A DNA stretch of 42,339 nt from positions 1-42,339 of the IMG/VR virus record IMGVR_UViG_3300049137_000021; one strand, given 5' to 3'. Both the position numbers and the translations under genes were made by a program. The stretch is from a virus (lineage: Duplodnaviria; Caudoviricetes). Shown one piece after another: positions 25,873 through 34,835 of the stretch (positions within the stretch are counted from its first letter, which is position 1; each line of letters starts with the position of its first letter). The notes beneath the pieces were generated by a model. It had not been told where the DNA came from. It did not search any database and saw only the letters and a program-made list of their open reading frames with translations.

Positions 25873-28299
25873 ATGGAGTTCGTAGACCTGTTGGGCAAGT
25901 TCGCTCGTGTGTCGGAGCACGACGACGGCGGGTACATCGCGCTGTGCCCGGCGCACGACGACAGCAAGCCTTCGCTGCGTATCTGGCGAGGCGAGGACAA
26001 CAAGGTTCGCGTCACGTGCAGGGCGTCGTGCAAGCCGGAACAGGTCGTCAAGTCGGCGGGGCTTCGCTGGGCAGACCTGTTCAACGCGACCGGCGAGGGG
26101 GCGACCGTGCCGAAGGAGCGACCGCAGATGGTTGGCCCGGCGAACGTGGTCGCGCTCCGCATGTGGCTGGAGTCGCGGAGTCTCGCCGCTGAGGCTGCCG
26201 CCTACGCCGGTGCGCGCTTCGGCCTGAGTCCTGAGGAGTCCGTCCGGCTGGGGCTGAAGTCGTCGCCCAGCATGCCGACACGGGTGGACGACAACTTCCC
26301 GGCGTTCCTGTCGAGCGCGTTCCTTCGGTACCCGCGGCTTGTGGTGCCGCTGAAGGGCTTCGACGGCGTGACGCGCGGCGCTCAGGGGCGTGACCTCAGC
26401 GGGAAGTGCCCGGGGCGTTGGCTGAGCCTGAGCAACCCTGAGGGGCAGCGCTGGGCGCCGTACGGCGTGTTCCGGGGCGAAGCCGGTTACGGGGTCATGC
26501 TGATCACTGAGGGACCGGGCGACGCGCTCACCGCCGTATCCGTCGGCTATGACGCGGTTGCCGTCCGGGGCGCTTCCCTGGCCAACAACCCGGAGCTTGT
26601 CGCGGAACTGGCCGAAGGGCTGAAGGGCGTTCAGGTCATCGTGTGCGGCGACAACGACACGGCCGGTACGTCCTTCACGCTGCGACTGTCCGAGGGGCTT
26701 GCCGCCCACGGTATCGACGTTCACGCGCTGACTCTCCCCCAGCCCGGCGACGATCTGACGGATTGGCGCGAGCGTGACCCGGCGGGCTTCCCTTCGGCCC
26801 TGCATGCTGCCGTCAAGGCGGCTCGTCCCGTTCGTGACCGTTCCCAGGTCGAAGCCCAGCACCGTAAGGCGGAAGTCGCTCAGCGGACCGGCGCCGTTCA
26901 GATCTCCAGTGATCAGGGTGCCGACGCTGCGCGCATCCTGGGCGACCTTGTGACGACGTACGGCGAGTCGGACGCGATGAACGCACATGCTCTTGTGGCG
27001 TGGACAGACGGCCGGATCAAGTACGCCCCCGGGTTGGGCTACTTCGTGTGGGACGGCGTGACCTGGGTCAAGTCGGCCACGCGGGTGCGGCAGGAGATCC
27101 ACGCCATGGGGGCTGCGCTCGTGCTCGCCGGGTGCCTGCCGGAGTCCCGCGGCTTCACAATGACGACGCGCATCGACGCACTCATGACGGAGCTTCGCAG
27201 CGTGCCCAGCGTGTACGTCGACGCGGAGGAGTTCGACGCGAAGCCGCACCTGCTGAGCTTCGCGAACGGGGTCGTTGACCTTCGGACCGGCAAGCTCCGC
27301 GCGCACGACAAGGGCGACATGCTGACGGTCTCTCTGCCGCTGGAGTACGACCCGACGGCGAAGGCTCCGCGCTGGGAACAGTTCCTCACGGAGATCTTCC
27401 CGGACAACGTGGATCTTGTGGACTACATGCGTCGGCTCGTCGGCTACGGCATCACGGGCAACACGTCGGAGCAGTGCTTCGGCGTTCTCTGGGGCAAGGG
27501 CGCCAACGGGAAGAGCGTCTTCACGGAGACGCTGACCGACGTCTTCGGCCGGATCACGAAAACCACCCCCTTCGCCACGTTCGAGGACAAGGGCAGCGGC
27601 GGGGGCATTCCGAACGACCTCGCTGCGCTTCGTGGTGCCCGGCTCGTCATGGCGTCCGAAGGTGAGTCGGGCAAGCCCATGTCGGAAGCCGTCCTGAAGC
27701 GCGTCACGGGTAAGGACAAGGTCACGGCGCGCTTTCTGCGGCAGGAGTTTTTCACCTTCGCGCCGACGTTCCTGATTCTCCTCGCCACGAACCACAAGCC
27801 GAAGTTCAAGTCCCAGGACGAGGGTCTTTGGCGGCGCGTGAAGCTCATTCCGTTCACCCGGTATTTCGCGCCGCACGAGCGCGATTACGACCTTGACCGG
27901 AAGTTGCGCGCGGAAGCCGCGGGCATTATCGCGTGGGCTGTGCGTGGCGCCGTGGAATGGTACGCGAACGGGCTGAAGGATCCGGAGTGCATTTCCAGCG
28001 CGACACGCGAATACCGGGCGACGTCCGATGCGCTCGCCGGATTCTTCCCGGGCATCCTGGAAGCCGCTGATGACTCGCACATCATGCCGGGCGCTGAGGC
28101 GTACACGGCTTACACCGACTGGTGTGAGGCCGAGGGACTCCAGCGCAAGGAGGTTTGGTCGCGTAAGGCCTTCTACGGCGCCATGGAAGAGCGCAACGTG
28201 TCGAAGATGAAGACGCGTGCGGGTATTGCGCTGATCGGCGTGCGGGTGGCTGACGCGCCTGCCGCTCCGGCGGGTCCCGGCATCTTCGGGAAGGACTGA
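25873..28299 (+). CDS. Primase-helicase (Zn finger + TOPRIM + P4/D5-type SF3 helicase)
   Basis: 'CPAHDD...C...C', TOPRIM 'ITEGPGDAL' and 'CGDND', Walker A 'GKGANGKS', 'ATNHKP'. Confidence 0.95.
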   Translation: MEFVDLLGKFARVSEHDDGGYIALCPAHDDSKPSLRIWRGEDNKVRVTCRASCKPEQVVKSAGLRWADLFNATGEGATVPKERPQMVGPANVVALRMWLESRSLAAEAAAYAGARFGLSPEESVRLGLKSSPSMPTRVDDNFPAFLSSAFLRYPRLVVPLKGFDGVTRGAQGRDLSGKCPGRWLSLSNPEGQRWAPYGVFRGEAGYGVMLITEGPGDALTAVSVGYDAVAVRGASLANNPELVAELAEGLKGVQVIVCGDNDTAGTSFTLRLSEGLAAHGIDVHALTLPQPGDDLTDWRERDPAGFPSALHAAVKAARPVRDRSQVEAQHRKAEVAQRTGAVQISSDQGADAARILGDLVTTYGESDAMNAHALVAWTDGRIKYAPGLGYFVWDGVTWVKSATRVRQEIHAMGAALVLAGCLPESRGFTMTTRIDALMTELRSVPSVYVDAEEFDAKPHLLSFANGVVDLRTGKLRAHDKGDMLTVSLPLEYDPTAKAPRWEQFLTEIFPDNVDLVDYMRRLVGYGITGNTSEQCFGVLWGKGANGKSVFTETLTDVFGRITKTTPFATFEDKGSGGGIPNDLAALRGARLVMASEGESGKPMSEAVLKRVTGKDKVTARFLRQEFFTFAPTFLILLATNHKPKFKSQDEGLWRRVKLIPFTRYFAPHERDYDLDRKLRAEAAGIIAWAVRGAVEWYANGLKDPECISSATREYRATSDALAGFFPGILEAADDSHIMPGAEAYTAYTDWCEAEGLQRKEVWSRKAFYGAMEERNVSKMKTRAGIALIGVRVADAPAAPAGPGIFGKD

Positions 28300-28304
28300 G
28301 CGCG

Positions 28305-28347
28305 AAGCGCCCCAGCTTACTCACGTGAGTAGGTTGGGGCGCTTTTT
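28305..28347 (+). terminator. Terminator-like hairpin centred on CIR copy 13 (28317-28332)
   Basis: AAGCGCCCCAGC-TTACTCACGTGAGTAG-GTTGGGGCGCTTTTT. Confidence 0.7.
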
Positions 28348-28365
28348 CATGCCCGCGGGGCGCAG

Positions 28366-28381
28366 GTCACCGACTCCCTTC
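28366..28381 (+). promoter_or_regulatory. Phage-specific promoter motif
   Basis: GTCACCGACTCCCTTC upstream of the polymerase. Confidence 0.7.
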
Positions 28382-28409
28382 CTGGCCAGTGAGTGAAGGG
28401 AGTTGAGAC

Positions 28410-30263
28410 ATGATCACGTATCACCATGCCGTGGCCGGGGACGTCGTCACAATCCGCATTCCGGAGACTGACGCTGACCTCCGCGAGTTCATGCACTGGG
28501 CGCGCTCGAAGCCGGAACTTGCGCTCGACACGGAAACGACCGGGCTCGATATCTACGCCGCCGGTTACCGGCTCCGCACAGTGCAATTCGGCACGACGCA
28601 TGAAGCGTGGGTTATCCATTACGAGCTGGGTGGGCGCTTTCAGGAAGCCGCCGACTATGTGCTGAAGCACTGCCCGCGCTTCCTGATTCACAACGCGCCG
28701 TTCGATTGGCTCGTGCTCGACGCGCATTCGCCCGTGTCCATGGAGTCGCTCGCCCCGCGCACGACGGACACGAAGATCAAGGCAACGCTGATCGATCCGC
28801 GTCAGCCCCAGGAAGGCGGCGTAGGGACCGGCCTGAAGCCGCTGAGCGCCTTCTACATAGATCCGTCGGCGCCGGACACCCAGGGCGACCTTACGGCAGT
28901 CTTCCGGTCGCTGGGGCTCACGAAGAGGACCGGCTGGGCGGGCATCGACCTTCGGCACCCGGCTTACAACTTGTACGCCGGTCTCGACGTGATCTACACG
29001 GCGCGCCTGAACCCGTGCCTTGACGCCGAGCACACGCGCCTGAGCATCCGTCCGGCGCTGCTGGAGTACGAGCACGAGATTGCCTACATGTGCGCCTACA
29101 TGCAGCGCGCGGGGCTCGTGCTCGACCTTGAGTATGTCGACACGCTCCGCCGCATGCTGCGCGAGGAAGAGTCGAAGTACCTTGAGATTGCCGCCGGTTG
29201 GGGCGTGCAGTCGGTCAACTCCGGCGCCCAGGTCTCGGAAGCGCTGCTTGCCATGGGCGAGACGCTCACGGAGACGACCGACGGCGGGGCGCTGAAGGTA
29301 TCGAAGGAAGTCCTGCTACCCCTTGCCGACCTAGACCGGGATTGGGACCGCATCGGTGCGCGGGAACCGAACCCGCTCGCCTACGCCGTCCTGAAGGCGA
29401 AGCGCGCAGGGAAATGGGTCACGTCGTACGCCGATAAGTTCGCGGCGAATCACGACCCGCTGGGGCGCATCCACCCGACCGTGAATACGCTTCAGGCACG
29501 CACGGGACGCATGTCGATCACGGGCGACTTCGCGGCACAAACGCTGCCGTCGTCCGATTGGATGATCCGCCGGGCAATCCTGGGCGACAAGCCCGACCAC
29601 GTAATGGGAAGCGTCGACTTCCAAGCCATCGAAATGCGCGTGCTGGCAGCGCTCGCCGACGTGAAGCGCATGAAACACGGCTTCATAAACGGCGGCTCCG
29701 ACTTCGACATTCACATGTACACGGCGCAGCTCATTAAGGGCGAAGGGGCCACGAAGCGTCACCGAAAGGTCTTCAAAGGCGCCGGGTTCGGAAAGGTCTA
29801 CGGTGGCGGCATCACGACGATTGCCCGGCAGACCGGCGCACCTGAGGCTGAGATTGCCCACGCTGTGCGGGAGTACGACCGTGTGTTTCCGGAGATCAAG
29901 CGCGCGTCGTCGAAGTGGCAGCGGGAAGCGCGAGCTACGGGCCTAGTGACTGTGTCCGTGACCGGCCGTCGGCTTCCGCTGGACAGGCACCGGACGTACG
30001 CCGTCGTGAACTATCAGTGCCAGTCCGCGGCGCGTGACGTGCTGGGGCAAGCCATGATGAACATGCGCGAAGCCGGGCTTCTGGAGTACATGAAGTTGCC
30101 AATCCATGACGAGATCGTCTTCAGCGCCCCGAAGTCGGACGTCAAGGACATAGCGCGCGAGTTTGAGCGCTGCATGACCATGGATTTGTTCGGCGTGCCG
30201 GTCGTCGCAGAGGCGGAGCTGGGGGGCCGCTCGTGGGGGTCGCTGTACGGCGCCGACGTGTGA
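28410..30263 (+). CDS. DNA polymerase family A with 3'-5' exonuclease
   Basis: Exo 'LDTETTG', 'HNAPFD', 'YAGLD'; Pol 'ARTGRMS', 'DFQAIEMRVLA', 'RKVFKGAGFGKVYG', 'IHDE'. Confidence 0.96.
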   Translation: MITYHHAVAGDVVTIRIPETDADLREFMHWARSKPELALDTETTGLDIYAAGYRLRTVQFGTTHEAWVIHYELGGRFQEAADYVLKHCPRFLIHNAPFDWLVLDAHSPVSMESLAPRTTDTKIKATLIDPRQPQEGGVGTGLKPLSAFYIDPSAPDTQGDLTAVFRSLGLTKRTGWAGIDLRHPAYNLYAGLDVIYTARLNPCLDAEHTRLSIRPALLEYEHEIAYMCAYMQRAGLVLDLEYVDTLRRMLREEESKYLEIAAGWGVQSVNSGAQVSEALLAMGETLTETTDGGALKVSKEVLLPLADLDRDWDRIGAREPNPLAYAVLKAKRAGKWVTSYADKFAANHDPLGRIHPTVNTLQARTGRMSITGDFAAQTLPSSDWMIRRAILGDKPDHVMGSVDFQAIEMRVLAALADVKRMKHGFINGGSDFDIHMYTAQLIKGEGATKRHRKVFKGAGFGKVYGGGITTIARQTGAPEAEIAHAVREYDRVFPEIKRASSKWQREARATGLVTVSVTGRRLPLDRHRTYAVVNYQCQSAARDVLGQAMMNMREAGLLEYMKLPIHDEIVFSAPKSDVKDIAREFERCMTMDLFGVPVVAEAELGGRSWGSLYGADV

Positions 30264-30303
30264 TCTGTTCAGTCTGAAGATCACGCGCAAGTAACGATCC
30301 AGC

Positions 30304-30319
30304 CTACTCACGTGAGTAG
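30304..30319. promoter_or_regulatory. Repressor operator (CIR) copy 14
   Basis: CTACTCACGTGAGTAG. Confidence 0.75.
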
Positions 30320-30345
30320 GTTGGGCGTCATTCGAAAGTACGACC

Positions 30346-30384
30346 GAAGGCCCGTTACCTGTTAACCGAAGGTAACGGGCCTTC
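30346..30384. terminator. Perfect 15-bp inverted repeat (likely terminator)
   Basis: GAAGGCCCGTTACCT-9 nt-AGGTAACGGGCCTTC. Confidence 0.6.
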
Positions 30385-30498
30385 CTGCATATGCCACTGC
30401 CGTACATCTCAAGGATGAGACGGCGTCACGCCTTCGAATCCTCAACAACTGACGCGCCCTCAGCGCGGTCTTCCCTAGTGCCACGGCGAAACAAGTGA

Positions 30499-30514
30499 CT
30501 ACTCACGTGAGTAG
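30499..30514. promoter_or_regulatory. Repressor operator (CIR) copy 15
   Basis: GTGA-CTACTCACGTGAGTAG-TCAC; same flanks as copy 1. Confidence 0.75.
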
Positions 30515-30663
30515 TCACATGGTTATGTACGTGGTGCACGACGGACCGGAACTGATCAACCCCCGTCGGCAAGAGTCGGTGTCCGATCGGACGCCCCCGC
30601 ATGCCCTCAGCGTGCGCGGAACCTTGCCGTGAACAGGTTGTGACGCCCGCCGTCGCCCCCTAG

Positions 30664-30679
30664 GTCACCGACTCCCTTC
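30664..30679 (+). promoter_or_regulatory. Phage-specific promoter motif
   Basis: GTCACCGACTCCCTTC. Confidence 0.7.
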
Positions 30680-30711
30680 TCCGGAATCACACCGACCTAG
30701 GGAGCCACACC

Positions 30712-31884
30712 GTGCTGACCATCGACACCATTCGCGCCGCCCAGGACAACGACCTCGCCGCCGTTACGGCCGTCATCGAGTGGACTGAATCCCGCGTTCA
30801 GCGTCACGCCGAGATTGCCGCCCGCCGGATCGCACCCCATGGTGGCGCATCCTTCGCGAACTACCGCGAGGAATTCGTGCAGATCGCTCGCATCGCCGTC
30901 TGGGACTCCCTGCGCCGCTTCTCTGACGGCACGGTCGACTCGTTCGAGCGCTACGCGTTCACCACGATCGAGAACAAGCTGAAGGACGAAGTTCGGTCTG
31001 CCCGCAACAGTGGCGGTGCTGTCGACGAGAACGCGATGAAGACCTTCTCGGCCATGATCGAAGCCGCCGACGGCGACGCGTACGAAGCGGCGAAGCTGTG
31101 CCAGACCATCCCGCCGAAGGGGCGCCGACTCAGCGCGGACCGTGCCGAAGCCGCCCGTCTCGCGTGGCAGGGCAACGTGTCTCTCGACAAGCCGGTCAGC
31201 GCGTCCGAAGCCGGTGAATCCACCCTCGCCGACTTCCTCCCCACGTACGACGACGAGCCCGACGGCGAGATTCGCCCGAAGGTTGGCGTGGGCGCTGCCT
31301 CTGAAGCCGTCCACGTCCTCATGCGCTACGTGACCGTGCCGAAGGACGAGAAGGCGGCGCAGACGCTCACGGAGACGCTCAGCGCGTGCGTCTGGGGTTA
31401 CCCGACCCTTCCCGCCGTCGAAGCCCTTGAGGACGTCGTGCGCGTCCCCAGCGACCCGACTGAGCGCCGGTACGTGCTCGACGCCATGGCCGTGCTCCGG
31501 TCCGCCGTGTCGACGGCTACGGAAGGCGCCCTGATCGAAGAGCTTCGCAACGCCAGTGACGAGCGCACGGCCGACAGCCGCGAGAAGCACGAGCGCGTGA
31601 ACGACACCCTTGACTCGATGGGGCAGGCGCAGCGCGACGTGCTCCGCCACTCCTTCGGTATCGGCGGCGCCACTGACTTCGGGTGGGGCGATGGGTGCGA
31701 CATGGAAGGCCTGTGCGCGGCGCTGGACATGACTTACACGAACGCGAAGGCGCACCGCGCGAAGGGCCGGAAGGCTTTCGCGAAGCGCTACGCCGCCGCT
31801 GTCGCCCTTACCGGAGCTACCGCCTTCGCCGCGGAGCTTGAGGCTGCTGCCGCTGCGCGTCTCTCGAACGGTGGCCGGAAGTGA
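30712..31884 (+). CDS. Sigma-factor-like transcriptional regulator (phiC31 gp12-like)
   Basis: Region-2-like 'AQDNDLAA...REEFVQIARIAVWDSLRRF...FERYAFTTIENKLKD', 'VSLD', region-4-like C-terminal HTH. Confidence 0.75.
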   Translation: MLTIDTIRAAQDNDLAAVTAVIEWTESRVQRHAEIAARRIAPHGGASFANYREEFVQIARIAVWDSLRRFSDGTVDSFERYAFTTIENKLKDEVRSARNSGGAVDENAMKTFSAMIEAADGDAYEAAKLCQTIPPKGRRLSADRAEAARLAWQGNVSLDKPVSASEAGESTLADFLPTYDDEPDGEIRPKVGVGAASEAVHVLMRYVTVPKDEKAAQTLTETLSACVWGYPTLPAVEALEDVVRVPSDPTERRYVLDAMAVLRSAVSTATEGALIEELRNASDERTADSREKHERVNDTLDSMGQAQRDVLRHSFGIGGATDFGWGDGCDMEGLCAALDMTYTNAKAHRAKGRKAFAKRYAAAVALTGATAFAAELEAAAAARLSNGGRK

Positions 31885-32315
31885 TCACGGAGCGCAAGAC
31901 GTGCGCGGAGTGCCACACGGACAAGCCGACCCGGTACTTCGCACACGACCCGTCCGGCAACGACCCGAGCACACGGTGTGTCCACTGTGTTCGGAAACAG
32001 GCTCGTCGAGCTGCGCTCCCTGAAAAGCAGCGGGCCGCGTATCTGCGCCGGAAGTACGGAATGACTGTCCCGGCGTACAACGCGCAGCTTGCATCCCAGG
32101 GGGGTGGGTGCGCCGTGTGTGGAAAACCCCCTGAAACCAACGGGCGCGCGCTTGCCGTAGACCACGATCACGCGTGCTGTCCCGGCAAGACGACGTGCGG
32201 CAAGTGCATACGCGGACTGCTGTGCACCAACTGCAATCAGGGACTAGGACAGTTCGCTGACGACGCTGAACGGCTCATACGCGCCGCTGAGTACCTACGC
32301 GCGAAGCGCAAGTAA
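31881..32315 (+). CDS. Endonuclease VII-like nuclease
   Basis: 'YGMT...QGGGCAVC...LAVDHDH...RGLLCTNCNQGLG...AAEYL'. Confidence 0.9.
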   Translation: MITERKTCAECHTDKPTRYFAHDPSGNDPSTRCVHCVRKQARRAALPEKQRAAYLRRKYGMTVPAYNAQLASQGGGCAVCGKPPETNGRALAVDHDHACCPGKTTCGKCIRGLLCTNCNQGLGQFADDAERLIRAAEYLRAKRK

Positions 32316-32327
32316 CCGACTCCCTTC
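32312..32327 (+). promoter_or_regulatory. Phage-specific promoter motif
   Basis: GTAACCGACTCCCTTC. Confidence 0.7.
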
Positions 32328-32361
32328 TACGCCTTCAGAGACAGCGAACAGGAGAAACCCC

Positions 32362-32526
32362 ATGCAGACCTTCCGCCTTCCCAGCGGCTTCACGATCACC
32401 ACTCAGCGCGTCGGCCACAACGTGGAGTTCACGACCCGGAACGCTGACGGCGACGTGATCAGCACCGTGCCGCACTCCTTCGCCGAGTCGGTTCCGCTGC
32501 TGCGCAAGCTCGCGCTTCAGTCCTGA
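32362..32526 (+). CDS. Hypothetical protein (54 aa, not in ORF track)
   Basis: MQTFRLPSGFTITTQRVGHNVEFTTRNADGDVISTV...; RBS AGGAG. Confidence 0.7.
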   Translation: MQTFRLPSGFTITTQRVGHNVEFTTRNADGDVISTVPHSFAESVPLLRKLALQS

Positions 32527-32551
32527 CACACGGGGGCTTCGGCCCCCACAA

Positions 32552-32750
32552 GCCCGGGTCGTAACCGGTACGGCGCGAAGGGTTCGACTCCCTTCCCGGG
32601 CACGCAAGCGCGGAATGGCACACGGTAAGCCGGTTCGATTCCGGTATTCGGTTGGAGCCGTTCAGGGGGTTCGATTCCCCCGTTGCCATGGCTGGCGAAA
32701 TAGGGGGGCACCCCGCCTAGGAAGGTTCGATTCCTTTCCCGCGCACGCAA
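32552..32750 (+). ncRNA. Candidate structured RNA with four tRNA-like T-arms
   Basis: Four GG-TTCGA(C/T)T-CC hairpins at 32578, 32629, 32665 and 32721, with acceptor-like closing helices; intergenic. Confidence 0.6.
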
Positions 32751-32778
32751 GAACCGAATCCGACGAAGGAGAGACGTC

Positions 32779-32883
32779 GTGTTCCGACACCCAAGCACCT
32801 GGATTCTGCTGCTGTTGATGATGATTTCCGGGGCACTGTCCTACACGCTCGCGCTCGCGGCGCTTACGGCGGTGGGCGCGTGA
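32779..32883 (+). CDS. Small membrane peptide (34 aa, not in ORF track)
   Basis: MFRHPSTWILLLLMMISGALSYTLALAALTAVGA; RBS AAGGAG; GTGA overlap with the next gene. Confidence 0.6.
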   Translation: MFRHPSTWILLLLMMISGALSYTLALAALTAVGA

Positions 32884-33296
32884 AGGTCTGGCGAGTCGGC
32901 CACGAGTCCGCCCGGTATGAGTCCTTCCCGGCCGGACCGTACGCGTGTAGCGAGGTACTGCCGCGGGAAGTGAACGCCGCCGTTTGGGCCATGGGCATGG
33001 ATCACGCCGACTACGACCACCCGTCGCCCTACGCCGATCGAGCCCTTCGCGGGATTTCGTTCTGGGAGCGGTGCGGGTTCAGCACACGCGAAGCGCTCAC
33101 CGACTGGTTCGCCGACTGGTTCGAAGCGCTCGACGGCGCCGGGTTCCGGGTGTGGGAGTACGAAGTTCCCGACGAGTTCGTACGCGTCGGCGCCGACAAG
33201 GGGCAGGTGTGCTTCCGCCCCGAGAAGGTCACGGCCGTGAGCTGTGAGCCCTTCGCGCTGAAGCCCGAACAAATGGAGCTGTTCGCGTGCGAATGA
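32880..33296 (+). CDS. Hypothetical protein (138 aa)
   Basis: Coupled start; aromatic-rich globular sequence. Confidence 0.7.
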   Translation: MKVWRVGHESARYESFPAGPYACSEVLPREVNAAVWAMGMDHADYDHPSPYADRALRGISFWERCGFSTREALTDWFADWFEALDGAGFRVWEYEVPDEFVRVGADKGQVCFRPEKVTAVSCEPFALKPEQMELFACE

Positions 33297-33355
33297 CGCA
33301 CGAATGGCTTAGGAAAATTCTCGCGCAAGAAATCGAGCGACAGGAGAGAACGAGA

Positions 33356-33676
33356 ATGCTGAAGGTCACCACCGAAACGAAAGCCGTCATGGCGTGCGAC
33401 AAGGGCCGGGTCGTCGGCTTCGTCAAGTCGGACGAGCCGGGGAAGATCAGCCTTGCCATTCCGGCCGACCGTGCCGTCATGACTCCGGCTCAGGCCCGGC
33501 AGTTGGCAGCGTGGCTCGCCGATGAAGCCGCAAAGGCTCAGCCGACGACGGCGACGAGCCTGAGCGACTGGAGTGCCCAGGAAGCGAAGCGGCAGGCCGA
33601 CATACAGGCGGCGCTGAACAAGGACCGTGCGCGCGGTGAATCGTGGGCCGGTTACAGCGGTCGCGAATTCTCGTAA
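33356..33676 (+). CDS. Hypothetical protein
   Basis: ATG 33356 after AGGAG; an alternative coupled start exists at 33293. Confidence 0.65.
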   Translation: MLKVTTETKAVMACDKGRVVGFVKSDEPGKISLAIPADRAVMTPAQARQLAAWLADEAAKAQPTTATSLSDWSAQEAKRQADIQAALNKDRARGESWAGYSGREFS

Positions 33677-33703
33677 GCCGACCAGCAACCGGGGCGCTTC
33701 AGC

Positions 33704-33719
33704 CTACTCACGTGAGTGA
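33704..33719. promoter_or_regulatory. Repressor operator (CIR) copy 16
   Basis: CTACTCACGTGAGTGA within GGGGCGC...GCGCCCC. Confidence 0.7.
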
Positions 33720-33746
33720 GCTGGGGCGCCCCTCGTGGGGAGAGAC

Positions 33747-33872
33747 ATGATCGGCGTTCCCGACAACGTCCACATCGTGCGCGCTGAGCCGTACGAAGAC
33801 GACACCGACGACCTGAGCCAGTACGCGGACTGCGTACTTGCCGACTGGATCGTGAAGGAGCTTCGCACGTGA
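33747..33872 (+). CDS. Hypothetical protein (41 aa, not in ORF track)
   Basis: MIGVPDNVHIVRAEPYEDD...; RBS GGGGAG; GTGA overlap with the next gene. Confidence 0.55.
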   Translation: MIGVPDNVHIVRAEPYEDDTDDLSQYADCVLADWIVKELRT

Positions 33873-34072
33873 GTAACCCGTTCCTTGCGCTCGACGCGGC
33901 GGCAATCGATGTGCTCGACGACATGGTCAGCGAGTGGCTCGACCGTGACCGGCACGCGGAGCTTGCCTACGGGCCAAAGAAGAATGACGCACTGTCGCTG
34001 ATCGCAACCCAGGTGCGCGAAGCGTGGACGACCCGAGTGAACTACCGAGACGTAGAGAAGGACGACGCGTGA
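33869..34072 (+). CDS. Hypothetical protein (67 aa)
   Basis: RBS AAGGAG; coupled on both sides. Confidence 0.65.
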   Translation: MSNPFLALDAAAIDVLDDMVSEWLDRDRHAELAYGPKKNDALSLIATQVREAWTTRVNYRDVEKDDA

Positions 34073-34365
34073 AGAAGATCGTCACCACGAACTACTTTGC
34101 CCAGGGAAAGCGCGCTGCCACCGTGATGGCTACGGCGCTCGCCGCCATGGCACTGACCGGCTGTTCGTTGACCGACGACGACACGGAGTGCACGACTTAC
34201 AGCACGGTTGTGTATTCGCCCCCTCGCCCTGCGGCTCCGGCTCCGCGTCCGGTCGCGCCCAAGGCTCCGCAGCGCGTGACGCCGAAGGCTCCGAAGCCGG
34301 GCGGGCAGGCTCAGCCCAGCCTTCCCCGCGTGCACACGACCTGTTGGGAGACGGACGAGAAGTGA
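34069..34365 (+). CDS. Putative lipoprotein, Pro-rich
   Basis: Basic N-terminus, hydrophobic stretch, lipobox 'LTGC'. Confidence 0.65.
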   Translation: MKKIVTTNYFAQGKRAATVMATALAAMALTGCSLTDDDTECTTYSTVVYSPPRPAAPAPRPVAPKAPQRVTPKAPKPGGQAQPSLPRVHTTCWETDEK

Positions 34366-34640
34366 TCTACGCCGTGATCATCGATCTTCCGAGACGACAG
34401 TTTCCGGCGCGCTCGACCGCGAAGGCATTCCGAGAAGCGTGCCGGGCGTTCGACGTCGAGCCGGAGCACGTGGACGTGACGTCGTACGACTGTCGCGCGC
34501 ACCGCGTGGCCACTGTGCCGACCATCCGCATCTTCGACGACGCCGACCCGTACGGCATGCCGATCGCTGAGCACGTGGGTGCCGCCGACGCTGACACGAT
34601 CCGAGCACTGCTGAAGAAGGGGAAAGAACTTGCCGCATGA
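34362..34640 (+). CDS. Hypothetical protein, possibly thioredoxin-like fold without CxxC
   Basis: 'HVDV...VATVPTIRIF...EHVGA' resembles the C-terminal half of thioredoxin; GTGA overlap. Confidence 0.5.
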   Translation: MIYAVIIDLPRRQFPARSTAKAFREACRAFDVEPEHVDVTSYDCRAHRVATVPTIRIFDDADPYGMPIAEHVGAADADTIRALLKKGKELAA

Positions 34641-34830
34641 GCGCAAGCACAACCGAGCTGTGATCCTGAACGATGCCGGAGCCACAGCGACTCAGGACGG
34701 GGACGGGAACGCCACCGTGACCGTGCGGGCAACGTTCAGCGCCGCCGGGTACTCGTGCACTGAGCAACTGCACCTGAGCCTTGACGCTGCGCGGGAGTTG
34801 CGCCGACGGCTTGACGACGTCCTTCCCTAA
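34630..34830 (+). CDS. Hypothetical protein (66 aa)
   Basis: Last gene before the CIR hairpin; start may be ATG 34637-adjacent or TTG 34630 as in the track. Confidence 0.55.
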   Translation: MPHERKHNRAVILNDAGATATQDGDGNATVTVRATFSAAGYSCTEQLHLSLDAARELRRRLDDVLP

Positions 34831-34835
34831 CCTCT

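Noticed and set aside
25840-28080. 746-aa minus-strand ORF
   Set aside because: Antisense shadow of the primase-helicase.
32581-32595. GGTTCGACTCCCTTC as a 13th phage promoter
   Set aside because: Lacks the CC of CCGACT and is explained as a T-arm hairpin; a dual role cannot be excluded.
32615-32818. 67-aa ORF across the T-arm region
   Set aside because: No RBS, overlaps the better-supported 32779 gene out of frame, and its repeated 'VRF/RFD' residues just reflect the GTTCGATT loops.
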